Origin: Acanthaster planci
Taxonomy: Eukaryota
Assembly (NCBI RefSeq): GCF_001949145.1
Contig: NW_019091360.1
Location: 2,043,599-2,107,598, forward strand
DNA length: 64,000 nt
Direction of reading: 5' to 3'
Notes under the pieces: generated by a model
The model's input: only the letters and a program-made list of their open reading frames with translations
Database searches by the model: none
What the model was told of the DNA's origin: nothing
Shown: positions 48,801 through 62,273 of the stretch, one piece after another
Layout: the number at the start of each line of letters is the position of its first letter
How positions within the stretch are numbered: the stretch's first letter is position 1
Program-made: the position numbers and the translations under genes

Positions 48801-51800
48801 GTTAAGAAAAATCAAACTTCCGTCTGACTTACATGTAATAAACTATAAAAAAAAGCTTGTGCCATTACTAAGAAACCCATCAACGCTGCAGGAAAAAAAA
48901 TGAATGGGAAAAGTTCTGCAACAATCTTAATACTAAAACTAACACTACAGTTATCTGGAGCAAAATTAAACGGATCAACCCTACTCATAAAAAGAGCAGT
49001 ATCCCGGTCCTTCAAAACAATGGCAGTGATATTATTACTTGACGTGGATTAAGCTGACGCACTTTTTGTCAACTTTGCCAAAATCAGTAGCACTGATGAC
49101 TACAACCCCTCTTTTATTTACACCAAACAAGAAGCTGAATATAATCTGAATTCAATTGATGACAAAGATTGTGTTATCAATGAACCTTTTAACATTGACA
49201 AACTGAACCATGCTATTGATGCTTCCGTTTGCATGACACCTGGTTAGGATAATATTAACAACATGGTCATGAAACATTTCCCCTTCAAAATCAGAGAATA
49301 CCTACTCATCATCTTCAACATGGTTTGGCACACCTCTTATAATGTCCAAAACATTGGCAAGATTCAATCCCCATTCCTTTTCCTAAACCAGGGAAAGATG
49401 CCACCAACCCTTCATCTTATCATCCTATACATGTAGCTCTCACCTCCACTCTGTCCAAATTAATGAAACGTATGGTTAATTCTCGTCTGCTCTGGTTCAT
49501 AGAAACTCACAACCTTTTCAGTCAGCAGCAGAGCGGGTTCCGGAAAGGACGAAGTACAAAAGGTCACAGTCTTCATCTTGAATCAGACACTAACAGAGCC
49601 TGGGCTAACAAAGAAAGTACCCTTACGGTATTTCTTGACATCGAAAAAGCGTACAACATGTTATGGCGCAAAGGGATTATCATTAAACTCCAAGCCACGG
49701 GCATTTGTGGATGAATTACTCGCTGGATTGATAATTTCCTGAGTGACAGGAAAATTCAAGTCAAAACCAAAACCAACAATACTCTTTCCACAGAAAGGAT
49801 ACAAGAACACGGTGTTCCCCAAGGCAGCGTAATTAGTCCGCTTCTTTTGACATTGCAGTTAATGATCTTTCCCAAATCCTGCCTGATGCCAAAATCGCTC
49901 ACTATGCAGATGACATGCAGTGTAGCTATTTGGAAATCAAACCCAAACATCACTTTCCTTGAAAAAGAAAATTCAAAAGGGTCTCAACAATATTTTGATT
50001 TGGTGCGAAAAATGGGAACTTAAGCTATCATATCCTTTTCACCCACAAAAAAGAGGGTCAGTGTCTCTCTCTCCATCCAAAACCGGTCCCAAATTCTTGG
50101 GTGAAGTTGGGTGTCACCTTTGATGGCAAATGAACATGGAAACAACTCATTGACAACATCATCTTAAAGTGTAAAAGAAAACTCAACCTTCTCCGCCGTG
50201 TCAGCGGTACCACATGGGGTGCTGACTGCAAGACCTTATTTCAGTTGTACTCCGCTCTAATCAAACCTAGTCTCGAGTATGGATGCGGAGCTTTTAATTC
50301 TGCCTCTGCAACTATGAAACAAAAACTAGACGGCATTCAATATTAAGCCCTTCAAATCTGGTACTGGGGCTCTTCAAGGCACTCCCTTATTCAAACTTCA
50401 ACTTGGATGTGGTGATCCCCCTCTAGACCTTTGTCATCGATTCCTGAGTGAACTATACAACATCAAAATAAAAGCTCAATGAAACCACCCCAACCAACAT
50501 ATGGACCAAGATAATTGGCAGAAAAACTACTTTGGTGAGAAATGGAATCAAACCACCCATAAAATTCCTTTTGAAGCCGGAATTCATAAGTATCCTATTG
50601 TTACCTTCCCCTTATTCAATACTTCCCGTATTGGCACTACTACAAGCCCTGCATTTCTACAGAAATTATCTCTTGAACATCTCAAATCAATGACCCGAAT
50701 TACAGAGGAAATATCAGTAATGAAATAACCAACACACTTTGGAACAACTCGCTCCAAATTTACACTGATGGTTCATATGATCCAAACAATTATACTGTCA
50801 GATGCAGTCTTCACCTTCCTCAACTAAACTACTCTTAAGAGTATCAGATTAAACGATGGTATTTCGATTTTTAAAGCTGAGTTTATTCACCATCTTCCTT
50901 GCTGTAGAATGGATAGAGTGTGTCAAACCACTTCATTCTAATCCCTTACCTCAGAATAAAATTGTCTGTGATATCCGACATGCTCTCATAAATATCCAGC
51001 ATCAAGGTAACTCCTTTGCTTTTGAATGGGTTCCCGGCCACAGCGGTATTCCCGGTAACGAAAAAGCTGACAGAATAGCTAAGTTAGGAACTAAAAAATC
51101 AATGGAGCAGGAGAGGGAAGCGTCGATGGTTGGCTGGACACAGTGTTGCGAATCATCACCTGAAGGTATTGCGAAGAACCTGGCGGGGCACCAGCAACAC
51201 TGCATGTCTGGAGGATCATTGGTGCTTCTCCCACTTCTGCCACCATGCTTTACCGAGATCCCTTTTACAGTCTTTTTTATTGCTAGTGCCTTTTATTTTT
51301 CTGCTAGCTCTCATGCATCCTTGATATCACTGTCTGAGTTTTAGTTGCTTCTCTAACGTACAGTATTGCTATGCTTTCCTGTATTAACTAACGGCATAAA
51401 GGGCACCAGATTGCCGTACGTGTCATTTAACCTATAACAACAACTTCAAGAAATAAAAAGCCATAGATTTTAACCATTTCTTAAATGTTATACCTGTAGC
51501 ACCCAAGTTTTAACAGATGAATTGCTTTTCTCTATAAGAGTGGTATTTTAGATTACCTGAAAAACATGAGTGGACACGGTTATGTCCATGTCCCACCAGA
51601 ACCCCTTGAAGCTGGACATTTTTATCAAGATCCTGATTATTTTAACCATTGTTACCAATGAACAACCAATTCTATTAAACTGTGTAAACTACCACTATAT
51701 CTCCGCACTTACAGTGTATACATCTATCAGTAAAATTGTTAAAGTTCATTTCCTGACTCTCAACACTGTTAAAGAAAGAGATGATTTTGGTTATTTGCAC

Positions 51801-51826
51801 ATGTATCGGCTAGTGTGGACAGACCC
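45810..51826. mobile_element. Second copy of the 42142-43163 TIR element, split by a LINE, with its left end lost or obscured
   Basis: 45810-46264 aligns with ~42330-42792; 51444-51826 aligns with ~42782-43163, ending CTAGTGTGGACAGACCC. Confidence 0.85.
46265..51443 (+). mobile_element. Full-length degenerate LINE with RNase H (I/Nimb-like)
   Basis: ORF1 with CCHC knuckles (RCFNCQRLGHVASNC, CCRCGEQH); ORF2 APE (PDIICIQE, CGDFNDHNPLWG, SDHCPI), RT (QSGFRKGRST, VFLDIEKAYN, GVPQGSVISP, YADD) and RNase H (IYTDGS, FEWVPGHSGIPGNEKADRIAK); (CAA)n tail; TSD CTTAAAGAAAT / CTTCAAGAAAT, confirmed by the empty site at ~42782. Confidence 0.95.
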
Positions 51827-52557
51827 AGTTGTAGTTTGATAAATTCAAATACTAGTTTTCCACAGGATACGGTTCTGCCTCCATTCGTGTTTCCAACATG
51901 TAGGTCAGATTGTGGGTTTTCTGAAATGCCATGTCGGATAAACAAATTTGCCGATGACATTGCATTGATTAATAATCAGAATGAAAATCAATAAAGATCA
52001 ACTGAAGTAAACCTCTGAAAAGTCAGATTCGTTTAAATAGGACTTCCATTTACCTCAGAAAAAAATCGCTTAGAACATGATTTTGCATATTTTTGTATAT
52101 GTTGTTCTTAATACAATTCCTGCATGTTTTACGTCCTTTAAGACAGATAGACGAAAAAAGATATTTTCATAGATTTATTCATCACAGTCACCAAAGAAAT
52201 TTTGGGCATTTGTTATTTGGCATTTTCTCTGTCTCTTTACTCTACTCCCATTGCCATATGGCACAAAGGAAACCTGACACGAAACAGAAGCCTGGGTTTG
52301 AACACCATGTCTGCATACAAAATTACAAATAGCCATCATATGCCACATGATGGCACTAATATCATTTTGCCAATATGTCGACCAAAAGAGAACTTGTTAC
52401 GTACACGTACAAAGAAGAAAGTTTAACGATGCAGAAGGCATCCAGCAGTGAAGAAAAAGATATCGCTACCCATTCTCTGATATCCTGAAAGACAAGGAAA
52501 CCTCAAAAATGATTCAAAAAGTGTGGCCTTATTGTGCGATTTTTGTCTGATACTTAC

Positions 52558-52688
52558 CCGTGTTCCATTGAGACAGGGAACAAGAGTGAAGATTTCCTCT
52601 TGATGTCAGGTTGACAGCTTGGACAGTGTGACAAGGCAGAAGGCTCACTGGTGATCAGCCATCTGGGAAGTTTACATTTTTAAAAGTC
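52558..52688 (-). other. Exon-like module B, paralogous to the 41247 exon
   Basis: TTTCTTTCTTGTTTAG acceptor (alternative CCCAG|ATG at 52662) and CGG|GTAAGT donor. Shares ATG.C.GATCAC.AGT and ACCTGACATCAAG.GGA.ATC with 40870-41247. Confidence 0.45.
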
Positions 52689-55600
52689 CTAAACAAGAAA
52701 GAAAAGGGACATCAGTTACAGCATTTCAACAGTAATAGCGTGTAGGTTAAACCTCCCTCAAGTACCCCCTGACAAATGAATAGACTTTGTGGAAGGATTT
52801 CTCAGTCCAAATCACGGGGGGCTATTACATACACGCCCATGTGAACATGAGGATGAGGTCCATTGACATGTTGATAATATCCAATATGATTAAGGACAAC
52901 TAACTGGTTGACACAGTTTTCGGGCTCCGTTTTGGTTCAGCCTGCTCAGAAAAGAGTCGTTGAAAGCAACTTTGGGTCACTGCCAAGAAAACAGCGTGGG
53001 AAGTGCATGCGTGCGGGCTGTGACATTATCAGTCTCAGTTCTACATGTACATGTAGGCGTCAGGGATTATTTGAGCCGTTGTAGTAGAGCCTCGTCCCAC
53101 ATGTTTTGGGACTTGCTATACTAACCAGCACGCTGGCCATAAAGTGGACACATTCTGCACCATCTGACATCAAACACTGCATGGGGTCCCGTATACATGT
53201 ACATGTATATATTTATGTATACATGTACACATGTACGTACATACATGTATGTGTACATATATATGAAAAATTATTCAAGACAAAATTGCTGTATTTAGAG
53301 GGTATTTAAATTGTTCTGTGAAGCTGATTTAAATGCAACTCCGTATATACTCGAATTAAAATAAAATATTCTTGACTCTCAACTTCAAGCTGTGCTGTCT
53401 CTTATTTATTATCCGAACTGTTGTTAGCATTACGACCATCATTATTTCACTGGAGTACTAAGAATTTTTTGTGCTTATATCATAGCAACGTACCTGTATA
53501 CCAGGAGCCAAACCCAAGAAAAAATGACAACACTGTTTTGAAAAGTTAAATACGACTCACGTGCATGTAGCAATATAAAGTGGACAAAGATACTTTCAAC
53601 TTTCAATAGAATGTTGAAAAAAGAGAAAAACAATATTACTACAAAAATTACATGACGTGCAAATATAATGTGGAAGAAAATAAGAGAAATAAATGATGAA
53701 AAAGGACATCATTTCAAAAAATAATCTCCGAAGCCCCTCCCCCCAACAAAAGAACAGTGCCTGGGCGCGCACGTACATGTACATGTAGCTGTGTGCCAGG
53801 AACACTGATGGCAAGTGCAAAGAATAAAGTACATGTACACTGTACATGGGAGGGTGCTTTATCATAATGAATTCCTCAACATTTTCCCTTCCACCAGAAC
53901 ACTTATTATCACTTTGAAAATGTAGTTAATGACTCCGTGCTGAGGGGCGACTTCATTACGAAGCGAGTTTGTAAATAAAGGGGCGAGTCGGCGAAAAGGC
54001 GACTCAACAAGGGGGTGAGTTGTCAGGGGGGGGCGAGATGATAAGGGGTGAGTTGGCAAAGGGGAAGGGGCAAATCAGCCAGGGGGCGAGATGATAAGCT
54101 CCAACGATTATAGGTAATTGTTGATACTGATATATCGGCGACCCGATATCCATAATACTAATATATCAAATTTTTTCGGAGAATGTTTTCAAGCTCAAAG
54201 CCAATGGCGTAATCTAATCCCAAACACCTTTTGCAGTTAGGCGGCTTAGGCCCCTACCAATTGATCCTAACCATGCAGCACGTGATTAGTCTGCTGGAAT
54301 TCGCGAGCTTGTTTAATTAATCTTCCCCAAATGAAAGAGCACCTGACAACACCAACAACCTGCAGTCAGAACAATTCATTCGAATGCAACTTTTAGGCAT
54401 GCATACTCTGGCCAGTCTGCAATCTGAGCGGCTGGCTTGCCCAAACCGGTCGTACCCTGGTTTAGTTAATCATTCCTCCTTCAACCAATCACCATTGATG
54501 AACTTGCTGCGCCACAATACGACATGAATATACATCACCCCCAACTGTGTGTGTAGAAGGAAAAAGAAGCAAACATTCCCCCCTTTTCCTTCCCACAATG
54601 CCTCCTACCACTGTGCAAAATCAACCATGCAGTATCAGCAATTAGGCTTATGGGGTTTGAATTACATGTAGTTCAGTGCACCCCGAAGTGGTTAGGGTTG
54701 CACACCACCAAATACGTGCCCATAGAAAACAGTGCAAAATCGGACTGAAATAGCGCCGCCTGTTGACTCTCGTGAAGAGGTTGGCCTCCGTTTTTTCACT
54801 GGAAATTCAAGATCATGGCCAGAAGATCACTTTTTATTTCAATTTTATGGGGTTAGCCACAAAACATTTTTTATTAGCCTTGCCCCGAAGATACCCCCAA
54901 AATACGGTCAAAGTAAGCGCTCATTTCTGAATGTACATGTAGCTGCCCGCCTCTATCCAAAATAGGCCCGCAATTTGGGGCTTTTTGTGAAAGAAACAAA
55001 AGAAACTGGAAACTACACGCACATGTATCAGTCCCAAATTAGGGCGTTATAGAAATGTTTCTATGATCCCTCTTGATTATGGCCTGTCTTATTCTAAAAA
55101 TCCCATGGGATCACAAAATATTAATGAGCTCACACGTAGCAATACGATTTGGTGGAATGCACCCTTTAATATCACCTTGAGGGTCGGTTTTGCAGTACAA
55201 ATGGCTCAAAACGAAGAAAATCTATCCAAAATAGAGAAACCAATTCCAAAAATTGAATATACTTTCTTGTTTTTCTGAAGGATAATATAGTTTGTCCTTT
55301 GCCACAGAATGCAGAAGGGAGTTTTTTCACGCCAAAAAATTGTCTCTCAGCAGCGCCGCTGTTCACTGCCATCTTGCCTTCTCAAGGCATTTACTGTAAA
55401 GGTGACCCCCTGTAGCGTAATGGTATGGTCCGTCTGACCGAGAGGCAACATGGCTACTCTTTCGTGGCTGTGCGGAGGATGTTATTTTTGTGATATAAAA
55501 GGGCTTTTTCCCTTAAATGTCGCCCTCTGTTGTTAGCCAAATTGTATTTTAGGCATTATATGCTATCGAATTGTGTTTCTGTTAACTTAGAAAGTGATTT

Positions 55601-56239
55601 GGGTGTGTGGATGGTGTGTTGACGTTACTATCATGTGTTGATGCGTGTTGACGTTGTGTTGACGTTAATTAGTACGACCGCGATCAACAAATCTTGTGCC
55701 ACGACCACTTATAAACTATAGGCCACTCGTGCGTGTTTCTGGGAGGACCATGTTAGCCCACGGTATTCGGCCTGCATATTTGAATGGAGCGGGTAGTGAA
55801 ATGTTAGTGTCGTGCGTACGAGAGCGAAAACGGTTGACTTTTGACAGATTTTGAAGTGGGAAATATCATCAAAGCCTGCAAAATTTTCCTTTGGCATTTA
55901 AGAAAGCCCTAGGCCCTAGGTGGTGAAAAAGGTATTTTTGGTGAGTCTTTGGAATTTTTGAAAACTGTTTTCACCTTACTATATGTAATGTCGTGGAGCG
56001 TTAGTATGACCGATCCCGTCCAAATCGAAAAAGAGGAATACTAACGTTCCACTTAGTAGAGCTAGGGCTAAGCATGCTAAGTGACTGTTCCCTGCCCAAT
56101 TTCCGGACACCGCAAAAGCGTGCGGTGGCAGTTGAGCTGAGGATACAAACATTTCGATAGGCCTAAATGAAACATGTAGGCCTACCTGAGAATTTCCTAG
56201 ACCACCATTCTTTTTTTCATCAACTATAGTCAGTCTACG

Positions 56240-56550
56240 TACCTGTTTTGCCGGGACATTTCCAATTTGTTGTCTAAAATCTCATTCAACCACGCTCCAA
56301 CTTGAAATTCGCTACGGTCAAAAAATCCGCCACCGTGGGCGCGGCGCGTGCGTGCAAACTTGTCGCGCACCGCGCATGCGAAGTACCTGATTGTAATTTC
56401 CCAATCAAGAAAAATTTCCCTTTCGCGAACCGGACAGGGTCAAATACTTGCGCGGTCATGTGGTGAGTTAGGCCGTGTCCGAATTGGGCCTTCTGAGCTA
56501 CGGCTAGGTCTATTGTCTGCGCGTCTTCGCGTACTTCCAGTGAAGTACAT
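56240..56550. promoter_or_regulatory. Putative CpG-rich, possibly bidirectional, promoter
   Basis: Local CpG density; NRF1-type GCGCATGCG at 56372-56380; outward-facing donors CAG|GTACGT (minus, 56243) and GTG|GTGAGT (plus, 56463). Confidence 0.45.
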
Positions 56551-59500
56551 GTATAGACCTAGACCTAGCTCTAGACAACAGATTCGGACGCAGCCTTAGT
56601 ACGAAAAGGGCGATCAATTTCATTTACAAACACGCCCTCGTTTGTTCCTCTCGGAGCGGATAAACCACAAAAGCCTTTAATCAGTCCAATAACAGAGCAT
56701 TAACTTTTGGGGAGAAAATGTAAATTGTGATTTGTCGACAATTTGTTTAAAGATATCTTGTGACTATGTAATGACCTGCAACGTCGTACGGTATACACTG
56801 CAGCTGTATGTCAAATTAAAACTAAAGGGCGGCAAACAATAATTACGATAAGTGGCACTCGTTATCTTTCAAAGGTAATCTAGATTATTTTAATTGATTT
56901 AAACTCGATGACACACTTTTCGATGTTTATAGAAACAGAATGCAGCGTAAGTGTACATATAAACGCAGAGAAGTTTCTGTTTCTGAAGCTTTGTTCTAGC
57001 TCGTCAAACAAACTATGCATAAACTAATTCGCCTGTCCTTTCCAGTCAGATCAGATATAAGATATCAGACATAAGATTTGTTTAGTTATCACTCTAAACA
57101 AAACTAACCGTTTCGTGTTCCTCATTTAATGGACAAGGATAGGGTCTGTATCAAGTTACGTGGTTATGAAAACGGGAACAGAACACTGAGGTGGTTTGGT
57201 CGCCTTCAGACTGGGAAATCGGGCAATTTTGTATTGATCAAACCTCTAAACACACGAAATAATACATTAGCTTAAAGATCTTTGTAATTGAAATAGTGTA
57301 ACAATCCCCGAGTTTTTGCAGCTCAAAGCTAAAAAAACCCACTGAAACCGTAAGGGCCTTACTTTGTGATGAGATGTCTAAGAACCATGCAATGATACGC
57401 GTATTATGTTTTATACGCTTCACTAAAGTAGCAATTGAGGTACTTGTGTGTTACACGAAATGACAGGAACTGAAAAAACCACAGTTCACATTTGCTAAAA
57501 AAAGTTTCAAAATTCAAGCAGCACGTCGTTTACAGCCACTGACTTTAAAGCAGACTTCCCGAATAGGGCTCGATTATTAACCCCTATGTTTGCACTGTCG
57601 TCTGCAAACACAGCAAAACTTGGCAACCGCACGGGCGCCAGCCCAAATATCCAGCGGATCAATCTGCAATTACCCGTACAACAAACACATTGCCAAGATG
57701 TGCCGGACATCACAATTTTGACATTATTTTGTCTGCCGTTCAACGTTACGTTCAAAGAAATAATATGCAATTTTGAAAGATGTCACAGCTACTGTGTCCT
57801 TGACATTTTTTTTCTTCAGGAGCCTCGTCAGAAAGGAAAAGATAATTGCCAAATAATGAGTTAGTCCAATGCTGTCAGTTGATCCTAGCCTAATATTAAG
57901 TCTAATAGGTGGTCGCTGCTATCAGTGAATTTAAACAGTTCGAGAAAAGACTAGCACAGGGTTCATTTACCAGAGCTGTAGACCTTATTCACACGGAAGC
58001 CCTCTTTGATCTTATTTCCCGAATATTTTTATAAATTGCAAACTGTCGATTAGGATTGCACCAGGCTGTTTATAACTACATGTATAGTGCGTTTAAGCTT
58101 CCCTTTCAATATTTTTCTACATCTGGCTAATGTTTCTCTGTTTCAACGATAAATTAACTCAGTAACGAGGTAACATATGGTCATTTAAGCTTCCGTAGTC
58201 ATGCCCCAGACTGTTCCTCATTCAAATGTTTGAAAATTAAATTCTCATGCGAACTAATTCCAAGATGAAAGCAGGTAATCGTGGGGCGCACTAGTCTACA
58301 CCATGGGGACGAGGCTGATGACGACCGACCGTTCGCTGCACCGCAGGTTGTAAATAGCACGTACTTGTCTTGTTTTGCACAGTGCAACCAGGATGTAAAG
58401 AAAACTGGGAAACGACTTCCTCAAAATAACACTTATGAGTAATCTCAGTACGAGAAATGTGTCAACCTCCTACACGTATTGCCAAGATCCTGTTCCGCGC
58501 ATGCGGTGCACTGACAGTGAATAACACACAGGCCCACCAACGCTGGTTCGGAAGTGAAATCAGGAGTAGGCCTATGACCCGGTTGATATACACGGATTTG
58601 AGAGACCGACAAATTTGACGATTTAGAGGTTCATAGTTGCATATATATACGGATCCGGTACTCCCGAAGGGTGTCCCGTGATTGCATGCATGCCTCAGCT
58701 CAGTTAAACTTGGGGCTGTGTATACGCCAGGATGTATAGTGCATGTACTATTTATTTTGATTTCATTCAGACACTTAGGGCCTACTAATGTTGTAATACA
58801 AATTTGTAGAGTGATTTCACAATTGATATTTTCAGCGTAGGATTTGACAGCACCCCAATTTTTCAGGTGCATTAAGGTTCCGCGTATAAAGGGGTCATCA
58901 TGGAAGAATTTACGAGTTTTCCGGAGAAAAATGGCAAGCATTGCAAACAAAATAGGTGTGAAAAATTTGTGAAGTAATGAATGAGTAACGGTTGTCATCC
59001 TAGAATAAGCGTGGCAAATTTGTCAGGAAATTAATTCAAAAGCATCCCATCGCAACGTATTTAACTAGGAGAAAAGAAAATGGCGCCTGATTATGCCTTT
59101 TGTGCTACCCGTACGACATCTACTGAGAATGCCTATGTCATTGAAGAAACTGGCTGAATTGCGCAGCAGAAGACGAATTTTTCTGAATGACCTGACTCAG
59201 CGTTGACAGCGCACTCCTTGTCGAGAATGTGTGCCCATGCTTAAATGACACACATGACGTTTAACTGTTTAAATTACTGTATCATAAATGACGATGCTAA
59301 CCATTGCAAGTGTAATGAATCAATCTCGCTGGACAAATGTGAAAATTCAAATATAATGTATCAAAGGAAAAGGTTTCAAACTAGCCAGGGAACCTATATT
59401 TTGAAAATTTAATTTCCACATAAGAGTACTCCCAGAATTGACAACAGGGGGCTAAAATTTGGCTTTACGCATGCGTACATGTGAATTGACAACCATTCAC

Positions 59501-62273
59501 ATGCAACATTACCTACAATTTGAAAAAGTCCTTTTGTGGTGCGCATATTGTTTTTCGATAGCACAATGAAAGCATACGGCTTGTGTATGGGTGGTGTTCA
59601 CCAAAATTGTAACCTTGGGGAAGGGGTTTGCCCCTGTGCCCTTCTCGTAATTATTTCACTATGGCAAAGACGTTGAAGTATACGTTTCCGGGTGAATTGT
59701 GCAAGTCAACATAGCGACCAAATGTCTCAGCGGTGAGTTGTCATTTGCGACACTATGACGTCCCTTTCAGAATGGGACATACAAGATTTTTCACCGGCGA
59801 ATTATGGAGCGAATAGGTACTAAAAGAGGAGCAGGAGAGTAGGATTTTTTTTTAATAATTATTATTATAGAGAGGCGATTTTTGGTTTATCAATTTTTCT
59901 TCTCGTCAAAGAGCATGCTAAAAGCCTATAAAAATAATGTAGCCCCACCCCTCAGAAAAGCCATAAAAGGTTTACACACTTTCATTCCATTTTTGCCCCC
60001 ACTCCGAAAAAATTGCCGTCTTCAGAACAAATTTGATTTTGGATCCACCCGTGGCAGTATTACATAACTGAACATGTCAGGTGAAAAACAGTTATAGCCA
60101 CAAAACCCCTACCGTGAATGTACGTTTTGGTCGTACATAGCTATGCATGTACATTTTCTTTGAATAATAACTCATATCAGTAGCCGTGTGCACGCAAACA
60201 CGTTGCTGGTTTCAAGTACACGCTACAGCCTCCTCAATATCGTAAGTGATTTCGTTCTTTATTTTCTTCTTCAAATTTCGGTTTCAGGGAAAGCCCCGAG
60301 AGGCTACTTGTGGTCGCTTTCACATTACTGGGAAGTGATTAACGCGCAGGATGAAGAGCGCATAAACTCTCAAGGTATCCATGACAACCGACGGTATGAC
60401 AGGATGTGGTGTTTATTGAACTCTGCACGTTCCTTGACGGTGAGCGCGTGTGTGGGGGGGGGTCGTGGCGCGCGATCGAGGTGCTTATTATTGTTACAGT
60501 TTGCAATCTGGCATCGCATGTCGCACTACAAAATCCCGTCTGTTTTTAAATTGGTTTCGACTTCGTCTCAGTCTCATTAGTATGCGTCTCAGAAAACGAT
60601 ACCCACTTTTAGACTGACGGCATTCATAAAATCGAAACAGAATCATTTCAGTATTTGGGCAGATTATAATGCACTTCGACGTTCGGGTGGAATTGTATGT
60701 CTTATAATAATGGAGCTAACGACTCCAACGTCACGGGACAAAAATCAGGCGCAGCCGAAAGTGGAGAAGAAGCCGAGTATTAACCCCCCCCCACGGGGGT
60801 CTCCATATTAACCCCTGGCCTTGGCCTCGCCGCTGGTACAAGTTGAACTTGATCGTGCGTAAACATTAAGTCTTAAAGCAACCCACGAAATAAGCGTTCG
60901 TGTTTCAAGGAATCCAAGTGACATGTCACAATGTGTAGCGTGAACAGATGCAAAATCGACCTGTTTGTAATGCAATGTAACAAACTCTGCTCCTGACTTC
61001 GTAATCTGAAACATACAAATTGGCCCAGGTTCCGGTTGTATACATGTACATGTACATGTATGGTTACCCGATGCTGACGCGCTGGAGCATTTTCGATGCA
61101 GAAAAAAATGTTTGACTTCCAAATGAACTTCACTCTTCCAAAAATAAGTCTGGATACATTATTCACGCTGTTTCGATACAAGAATCAAGCTAGGGACAGG
61201 AACCCCATACTTTTAACCGTCAATCTTTTTATCAGAACTTATGAGTTTGATAACAATAATTTATTCATTTATAAAACGCAAGTTTCACATGTTCAAATGC
61301 GCTGTATACAATGAGGACTTTAAACGTGTGCGAGCGAATGGCATGGTAACAACGTTTGATAATTTATAGAGTTGACGTACTTAAAAAGGAGGTAAAATAC
61401 AAGCTGTTATATCAGCATCATGCTTCTTAGGCTGAATAAGTTATTTCAATAAACCTAGTAGTGATCAAGGTGTCCTTGTTAGAATTAGGTTCTCTTCTTC
61501 ATTATTTGACTGCCTGCAGTATGGAACCACACGAAGAAGTGAAAAAAAACCCAGTAAATCTATATAACAACACGATCGAAGCACAACAAAGTACTCGAAA
61601 TGTTTGCATCACCATACTGAAAGGCCGGCCCCACAAATCCCACACGGCTTACACAGTAGTTTCCTCACAAACTAGAAATGTATCAAAAATTCTTCTGGCC
61701 AACAACTAAGCACTGAAGAAAAGTATCCGCGTGGCTCATTATTAATTAAGTATGACAGACTGTTAAAATTGAATAGAGTCATACAAAGCGATTCGTGATG
61801 GGATTAGACACTGTTTGACCCCGACATTCGTGCTATTGCAATTTACTAGCTAAACCTAATTAAGTATGATAAAAAATTATTCATAAGTTATTTTTATTAA
61901 AATAATAATAAACGTATCAATTTTCAGAGACAGTGTCACACGTACTGTCTACACAACATTTGTTTTCATATCGACAAAAAGAGACGCAGTCAAATCGTCG
62001 AACGGCCTCCTGCACCCTGTTTGAACCGGTCCGATCTACAGGGCAGCATCACATAAACCTGAATATTGCTCTACAAATAACCAAGCTCAATCCGTTCTGA
62101 GGGGCCTCAATGTTCTCTTCAGGGCGTGGCTCATTTTTCACCTCAAAACAGCACGAGCATGACGCCAGTATCATAGCTCCCCTTAACGATTCAAGTTGGC
62201 GCTATCAGTGCACTTAATCGCAGCAGCGGTCTGTATCTCCTTCTGAAAGATCCACTGGCTAACGGCTATTGCT

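Noticed and set aside
58462..58998. 178-aa ORF
   Set aside because: No recognisable domain or coding-like composition; treated as a chance ORF.
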